Source: Mobula hypostoma (lineage: Eukaryota). From it: a stretch of 64,000 bases of DNA. Numbering within the stretch: the first letter of the stretch is position 1; each line of letters opens with the position of its first letter. Made by a program: the position numbers and the translations under genes. The notes beneath the pieces are model-generated. The model ran no database searches. It had not been told where the DNA came from and saw nothing but the letters and a program-made list of their open reading frames with translations. Location: assembly GCF_963921235.1 (NCBI RefSeq), contig NC_086097.1, forward strand, positions 246,390,001 through 246,454,000, read 5' to 3'. This document shows positions 60,360 through 64,000 of this stretch, piece by piece.

Positions 60360-63300
60360 TATGAATGAGCTGCTTTGGTAGATGAATGCGTAGCTGAGGA
60401 ATTGGTGTAGGGGGCAGGGTTTCAGATTTATGGATCATTGGGATCACTTCAGGGAAAGGTATCACCTGTACATAAAGGACAGTTACACTTAAACCCAAGG
60501 GGTCCAATATCCTTGTGGGCAGGTTTGCTAGAGCTGTTGAAGAGGGTTTAATTTGACAGGGTTGAGGATGGGGCAGTTGGTATGCAACTAGATACAGTGT
60601 GTAGTGAGACTGTGAGGAAGGACAGGCCATCATTGCCATCAGTGGGATGAGTTGAAGTAACATGGTGGCAAAATTGAAAAGGGTGACAAATACAAGACTG
60701 AAGGTGTTAAATTTGAATGCATGCAGTATACAGAATAAGGTAGATGAATTTGTTACGCATTTAAAGATTAGCAAGTATGATGTTGTGGGCATCACCGAGA
60801 TGTGGCTGAAAAACGATCATAGTTGTGAGCCTAACGTCCGAGGATACACAATGTATCGAAATGTCAGGCAGGTAGGCAGAGAGAGTGGGGTGGATCTGTT
60901 GGTAAAAAATGAAATCAAATCCTTAGAAAGAAGTGACAAAGGATCAGAAAATGTAGAATCCTTGTGAGCAGTGTTAAGAAACTGCAAGGATAAAAAGACC
61001 CTGGTGCAAGACACTGAGAGAGGGAATTTGTAGAATGCCTACAACATGGCTTCTAGAGCAGCTTGTGGTTGAACCCACGAAGGGAAGTTCTGGATTGGGT
61101 GCTGCGTAATGAACTACATTTGATTAGGGAGCTTCAGGTAAAGGAACCTTTAGTGATCATACTATGATAAAATTCACCTTGCAGTTTGAGAGGGAGAAGA
61201 CAAAGTCAGATGTATCAGTATTGCAGTGGAGTAAAGGGAATTACAGAGGCATGAGAGAGGAGCTAGCCAAAGATGATTGGAAGGGGAAACTAGTCGGGTT
61301 GACTGCAGAACAGCAATCTGGGAGGCATTCAGAAGGCGCAGGATAGATACATCCACAAGATGAAGAAGCATTCTAAAGGGAGGATGATACAACTGTGGTT
61401 GACAAGTAAGTTAAAGACAACATAAAAGCAAAGGAGAGGGCATATAATATAGCAAAAATTAGTGGGAAGTTAGAGGATTAGGAAGGTTTTATACATCAAC
61501 AGAAGTCAACTAAAAGAGCCATAAGGAAAGAAAAGATGAAATATGATGGTAAGCTAGTTAATAATATAAATGAGGACATAGAAAGTTTTCTCAGATATGT
61601 AATGAGTAAAGAGAGATGAGAGTAGACGTTGGATAGCTAGAAAATGATGTAGGAGCAGTAGTAATGGGGAACAAAGAAATGGAAGAAAAACTTAATGACT
61701 ATTTTGCATCAGTCTGCACTTTGGAAGACATTAGCAAAATGCCAGAAATTCGAGTTTCAGGGGAGAAGTGTAGTTGCTTTAATAAGAAGGTGGTTGGAAA
61801 TCTGAAAGGTCGGAAGGTAGCCAAGTCACATGGACCAGTCAGTATACACCCCAGGGATCTGAAAGAGATAGATGAAGGGGAGGGGAGGAGAAGATGGCGG
61901 CGCGACACAGTGCGCGCGACCGCTCCGAAATGATATCGTATTTGTTAAGTAGGTACCATGCACAATTCTGGTTTGATGGAGACAGACATGAGAAGCATGG
62001 AGGAACATCTGGAGAAACTTCTGAAATGCCTGCTTCGCTGCCGCTGCTACTGTGCGATCGAAAAATCTCCAGAGGGAAAGGCCCCAAATCCTTGGCTTTG
62101 CCTATTGCCTATTGCCGGGGTCAAAGCGCTCGGCAGAGATGGTGCTCGGTGTCGGAGGGCTGGTCGGAGGCTTAAAGTTTTTGGATGGACTCAAGAGTCG
62201 GCTGTGGTCGGGTGCTTCCAGGGTACTGCATCTGCAAGTTTGCGGCGCTGGAGGTTCATGGCAGCGAGAGTTTTTTTTTTCTTCCTTCCACCGTCTGTGT
62301 GAGATGATGGGACTTTCGACAGACTTTGAGACATTTTTTTACCGTGCCCATGGTCTGTTCTTTATCAAATTACGGTATTGCTTTACACTGTTGTAACTAT
62401 ATGTTATAATTATGTGGTTTTTGTCAGTTTTTTTTAGTCTTGCTTTGACTTGTGTTTCTGTGGTATCATACCGGAGAAACATTGTATCATTTCTTAACGC
62501 ATACATTACTAAATGACAATAAAAGAGGACTGCGCGTCCTCATAATCTAACCTAATCTAATCTAAAAGATATTGTGGAGGCAGTAGTAGGGGATTTTAAC
62601 TTGTCACGTATTGATTGGGACTCCCATACAGTAAAAGAACTAGATGGGATCGAGTTTATCAGATAAGTTCAGGAATGTTTCTTTAATCAGTACATAGTAG
62701 TCCCAATGACAGAGTATGCAATATTTATCTGCTATTAGGGAATGACAGAAGTTTGCGTAGGGGAACACTTTGCATCTAGAGATCACAATGCCATTAGTTT
62801 CACAGTAAAGATGCAAAAAGATAGGTCTCGTTTGCGCGTTGAGATTCTAAATTGGAATCCAATTCCGATGATATCAGAAAGGATCTGCTAGTATGGATTA
62901 GGAAAGGTTGTTTTTCTGGCAAAAGTGTATGTGATAAGTGGAAGGCCTTCAAAAGTGAAATTTTGGAAGTACAAAGCTTATATGTGCCTATCAGAATAAA
63001 ATGTAAAGATAACAAGTGTGGGGAACCTTGGTTTTCAAGAGATATTGAGGCTCTGGATTTTTAAAAAAGGACGGATTCCTCAGATGTTAAGAGTAAAATG
63101 ATTGCAAGGGACTAGATTGGTCCTCTGAAAGGTCAGAATGGTAATCCATGCATGGAGCCAAAAGAGATGGGGGAGATCTTAAATGGATTTTTTGCTCAGG
63201 AGACAGACACAGAGTCTACAGAAGTAAGGCAAAACAGCATCAACTTCATGGACTCCATACAGATTAAAGAGGACAAGGTGTTTACTGTCTTGATGCAAAT

Positions 63301-64000
63301 TGGGGTGGATAAATTCCCAGGACAAGGTATTCCCTCAGACCCTGTGGGAGGCAAGTGCATTAATTGCTGGGGCCCTAGAAGAGATATTTATATCATCCTT
63401 AGTGACAGGTGAGGTGCCAGAGGATTGGAGGATAGCTAATGTTGTAATGCTGATTAAGAAAGGCTCTAAAAATAAACCAGGAAATTATAGACCAATGAGT
63501 CTGCTTCAGTAATGGGAAAGAAGTTATTGAAAGGTATTCTAAGGGGCTGGATATATGAGTATTTGTATAGACATGGACTGATTAAGGATAGTCAGCATAG
63601 CTTCATGTGTGGTAGATCATACCTAAGCAATATTATAGTTTTTCGAGGAAGTTACCAGCAAAGTTGATGAAGGCAAGGCAGTGGATATTGTCGACATGGA
63701 CTTCAGCAAGACATCTGACAAGGTCCTGCATGGGAGGTTGGTCAAGACAGTTCAGTCACTCGGTATTCAGGATGAGGTAATAAACTGGATTAGTCATTAG
63801 CTTTGTGGAAGAAACCAGAGAGTGGTAGTAGAGGGTTGCCTCTCTGACTGGAGGCCTGTGACTAGTGGTGTGTTGCAGGAATTAGTGCTGGGTCCACTGT
63901 TGTTTGTCATCTATAGCAAATATCTGGATAATTTGGTTAACTGGATCAGCAAATTTGTGGACGACACCAAGACTGGGGTGTAGTGGACAGTGAGGAAGAC
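60360..64000 (+). mobile_element. CR1 remnants (ORF1 end and endonuclease; a second CR1 from about 62585 runs off the window)
   Basis: LNACSIQNK..YDVVGITEMW; GDFN; PEDWRIANV..PGNYRP; KFVDDTK at the window end. Confidence 0.85.
61877..62565 (+). mobile_element. About 690-bp non-coding retroposon, best-preserved copy
   Basis: GGGGAGGGGAGGAGAAGATGGCGGC head; (TAATC)n tail; the host CR1 resumes after it. Confidence 0.78.

Overview
Eukaryotic, repeat-saturated intronic or intergenic DNA. The repeat families (CR1, HE1/V-type SINEs, Rex1/Babar, Neptune Penelope) point to a cartilaginous fish, probably a ray; this is an inference. No host gene could be identified. Nearly all listed ORFs are fragments or antisense shadows of transposons. 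The window holds many nested CR1, Rex1/Babar, RTE and Nimb LINE pieces, tRNA-derived SINEs, Tc1, hAT and Tigger-like DNA transposons, and one two-LTR Gypsy element (25762-29540) with a 4-bp TSD, a tRNA-Trp PBS and an intact-looking -1 frameshift signal. The most striking signal is a young Neptune-type Penelope-like family carrying a minimal type I hammerhead ribozyme (CTGACGA-stem II-GAAAC-GTC). It occurs three times as fold-back insertions (184-430, 10941-12952, 57240-57431); the first two carry complete ribozymes on both strands. It also occurs as ~100-bp units whose 5' ends cluster at the ribozyme. A ~690-bp non-coding retroposon family with a YY1-like head and several bipartite RTE-derived elements also stand out.
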